Origin: a virus
Taxonomy: Duplodnaviria > Caudoviricetes
Length of the DNA: 39,737 nt
Strand: one strand, 5' to 3'
IMG/VR virus record: IMGVR_UViG_3300048574_000176
Span: 1-39,737 of that record
Below the pieces are notes generated by a model, which was given only the letters and a program-made list of their open reading frames with translations, was not told the DNA's origin and did not search any database. Positions 37,490-39,737 of this stretch are shown piece after piece. How positions within the stretch are numbered: position 1 is the first letter of the stretch; each line of letters opens with the position of its first letter. A program made the position numbers and the translations under genes.

Positions 37490-37823
37490 GGATTTAAACC
37501 AGCAGGCAAGAGAAATCCTTGAAATAGCTGAGAAACATGGTGTTGAGCAGAACTTCTTTTTCATTACGACGTTTAAACGCTATCAGGTACAGCTGACCAT
37601 ATTGAACGACCTGGAGAAGACATTGAAAGAAGAAGGCTCGCTGGTAACTAAAGAATATATAAAGGGCAGGAAGAACGTATATGCCCATCCAGCGATCGGG
37701 GAGTATAACAAAACATCTACAGCATCAAATCAAACCGTACAGACGTTGATAAAGATCATTACAACAATGAGGGACGAAGAAGAACTGGCTTCAAGAGAAA
37801 TAATGGAGTTTATAAGGAGATAG
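37482..37823 (+). CDS. Second terminase small subunit-like protein (P27-like)
   Basis: L.EEG..V.KEY.KG..N.YAHPAI.EYNK pattern. Confidence 0.7.
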   Translation: MSKDLNQQAREILEIAEKHGVEQNFFFITTFKRYQVQLTILNDLEKTLKEEGSLVTKEYIKGRKNVYAHPAIGEYNKTSTASNQTVQTLIKIITTMRDEEELASREIMEFIRR

Positions 37824-37873
37824 TTGAGTATTACGGAAATTGAAATCGAATACGGTATATTCATGGTACACCA

Positions 37874-37950
37874 GCTCACGTTCAACTTGCTATTAGTGGT
37901 TTTTAGAGCTAACATGCTCAATGACTAAAAACCACAACTAAAACGTGAGC
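37874..37950 (+). promoter_or_regulatory. Conserved promoter-like motif copy 4 inside nested inverted repeats
   Basis: TTGCTA-17 bp-TAACAT with AGAG; gctcacgtt/aacgtgagc and gtggtttttag/ctaaaaaccac arms. Confidence 0.6.
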
Positions 37951-37969
37951 ATCTACTTGGGAGGTAACA

Positions 37970-38143
37970 GTGGAGCTTGCGAAAATAAGAATAAGGATTT
38001 CACGGGATGAGCTAAAATCAGGGGTCTATAAACCAGAAAAAGAACACTTGGAGGGAAAAATCAACCTGCCCGTCGAGGATGTCATTTTAGGAATACTGGA
38101 TAGATTGATAAAAGAAAAACGAGGTCAAATGGATGGCGATTAG
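37970..38143 (+). CDS. Small hypothetical protein (57 aa), below the ORF-track cutoff
   Basis: GTG after ggaggt; MELAKIRIRISRDELKSG..; overlaps the recombinase start. Confidence 0.55.
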   Translation: MELAKIRIRISRDELKSGVYKPEKEHLEGKINLPVEDVILGILDRLIKEKRGQMDGD

Positions 38144-39665
38144 AAAAGCAGTAGCCTATACGCGGTTTTCAAGCGATAACCAGCGGCAGGAGAGCATTGA
38201 CGCCCAGATAAGGGCGATCAGGGAATATTGCGACAGGAACCAATTTATACTTATAGATACTTATTCCGATCAGGCATTATCCGGAACAACCGATAAGCGT
38301 GAGCAGTTCTTGAAAATGATTGCAGATAGTAAGGACGGCAAGTTTGACGCGGTGATAGTCCATAAACTGGACAGGTTCTCCAGGGACCGGTATGACAGTG
38401 CTTTTTACAAACGGGAATTGCGAAAGAATAAGGTCCAGATATGTAGCGTATTGGAAAATCTGGATGATAGCCCGGAAAGCATCATCCTCGAAAGCGTAAT
38501 TACAGGTATGGCGGAATACTACTCAAAGAACCTGGCCCGTGAAGCAATGAAAGGAATGCGAGAAACGGCTTACCAATGCAAGCACACCGGCGGCAAACCA
38601 CCGTTTGGTTACAAGGTCAACCCCGATACCAGATTGTATGAAATAGAGGAAAGGGAAGCCGAAGGCGTTAAGCTGATATTTCAATGGGTTGTAGAGGGTA
38701 AAGGTTACGACCAGATTATCCGGGAATTAAATGCAAGAGGATATTATACAAGAAAGGGCCAGCCATTTGGGAAGAACTCAATTCACGAAATCCTAAGAAA
38801 CGAAAAATACAAAGGGGTTTATATATTCAATAGGGCAGCAGAAAAAGATATCAACGGTATGCGAAACAACCACAACAAAAAAACCGAGGGCGAGGTAATA
38901 CGTATAAAGGGCGGGCTACCGGCAATTGTTGATGAAGGAGTATTTGATGCAGTAGCAGCCATCATATCATCCCGAAAGCATATGGTATCCTGCAGGCAAG
39001 CCAAGGAAACCTACTTGCTCACAAGTAAAATCATATGTGGTGAATGCGGCAAGGGCTTTGGGGGAGCCCGAAAATTCTCAGGGCGAGGGAAAAGGCTCTA
39101 TGTGACATACCGATGCTTTAACCGGGATAAATCCGCTGATATTGCATGCAAGAACCCGGAAATCCAGCGGGATTACATTGGAAAGTATGTACTGAATGAA
39201 ATATCCAAAATCATATTCAACGATGAAGATGCAGCCAAGTGGCTTGAGAAGTATAGGGAATATAGGGCGAAGAATGATGTGAACGGACAAAAACGCATTG
39301 AGGATATGATGGCAGAGGTTCAGAGAATAGAAACAAAGATAGAAAATCTGGCGTTTTCGATAGCGGAAAGCGCTTCATCAAGCCGGTCACTGGTGGCAAT
39401 AATAGATCAACTGGAGCAACAAAAACAAGATATTGAACGCCAGATTAAAGAAGCTGAAAGATTGACGAAAGTGTTGGATGTAACGGAGGAGGATATACGA
39501 TACCATTATGGGAGGGCACGGGAGTTGTTCCGAACAGGCGAGTTACCGGAGATGAGGCAGTTAATCAACTTATATGTTGAGCAGGTGGTAGTGTACAGGG
39601 AGCATGTGGAGATTTTCCGAGACTGCCGAAAAAATTGTGTAAACCTCCGTTGTCAGATAGAATAA
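38133..39665 (+). CDS. Large serine recombinase 3; extreme C-terminus replaced by IS sequence
   Basis: AYTRFSS, HKLDRFSR, GGKPPFGY, CGECG zinc ribbon, coiled coil. Confidence 0.93.
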   Translation: MAIRKAVAYTRFSSDNQRQESIDAQIRAIREYCDRNQFILIDTYSDQALSGTTDKREQFLKMIADSKDGKFDAVIVHKLDRFSRDRYDSAFYKRELRKNKVQICSVLENLDDSPESIILESVITGMAEYYSKNLAREAMKGMRETAYQCKHTGGKPPFGYKVNPDTRLYEIEEREAEGVKLIFQWVVEGKGYDQIIRELNARGYYTRKGQPFGKNSIHEILRNEKYKGVYIFNRAAEKDINGMRNNHNKKTEGEVIRIKGGLPAIVDEGVFDAVAAIISSRKHMVSCRQAKETYLLTSKIICGECGKGFGGARKFSGRGKRLYVTYRCFNRDKSADIACKNPEIQRDYIGKYVLNEISKIIFNDEDAAKWLEKYREYRAKNDVNGQKRIEDMMAEVQRIETKIENLAFSIAESASSSRSLVAIIDQLEQQKQDIERQIKEAERLTKVLDVTEEDIRYHYGRARELFRTGELPEMRQLINLYVEQVVVYREHVEIFRDCRKNCVNLRCQIE

Positions 39666-39737
39666 AAACAACGGAGGTTTTTTAAATGGCAAAGAGAGAA
39701 AAGAGCTTAATGAGGCAGCTCATAGAGGAACGAGGCA
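39619..39737 (+). mobile_element. Left end of an IS256-family element
   Basis: GAGACTGCCGAAAAAATTGTGTAAAC resembles IS256-type terminal IRs; internal promoter TTGTGT-17-TAGAAT. Confidence 0.72.
39686..39737 (+). CDS. Probable IS256-family transposase, N-terminus only
   Basis: ATG after ggagg; MAKREKSLMRQLIEERG runs off the window. Confidence 0.6.
   Translation, partial: MAKREKSLMRQLIEERG

Noticed and set aside
1-39737. tRNA, rRNA or tmRNA genes
   Set aside because: None recognised by eye; tRNAscan-SE or Rfam would be needed to exclude them

Overview
Most of the window (about 1-31.6 kb) is the late and integration half of an apparently intact Firmicutes (Clostridia-like) HK97-type siphoprophage on the + strand. 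Gene order: P4/D5-type primase-helicase (cut by the window edge), VRR-NUC, SNF2 helicase, ArpU/RinA-like activator, HNH, TerS, ParB-DNA methyltransferase, small accessory genes, TerL (probable ATA start), portal, ClpP-like protease, capsid, head-tail genes, major tail protein, frameshifting tail chaperone, tape measure, Dit, baseplate/FN3 tail proteins, holin, amidase, and two tandem large serine recombinases. Three AT-richer morons with their own promoters interrupt the structural operon: a single-HKD PLD protein, a DUF1413-like gene with a palindromic operator, and a Phd/HARE-HTH plus DUF3883-nuclease pair. The last 8 kb is a mosaic of recombinase scars, a methylase fragment, a second TerS, a third serine recombinase and the left end of an IS256-family element. 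The most striking unexplained unit is at 33.9-35.7 kb: a promoter, a highly structured ~280-nt RNA carrying a small hydrophobic ORF, a terminator, then a Zn-ribbon/HEPN-like/SEC-C protein. It is a candidate RNA-regulated toxin or abortive-infection system. All family assignments come from motif recognition by eye; no searches were run.
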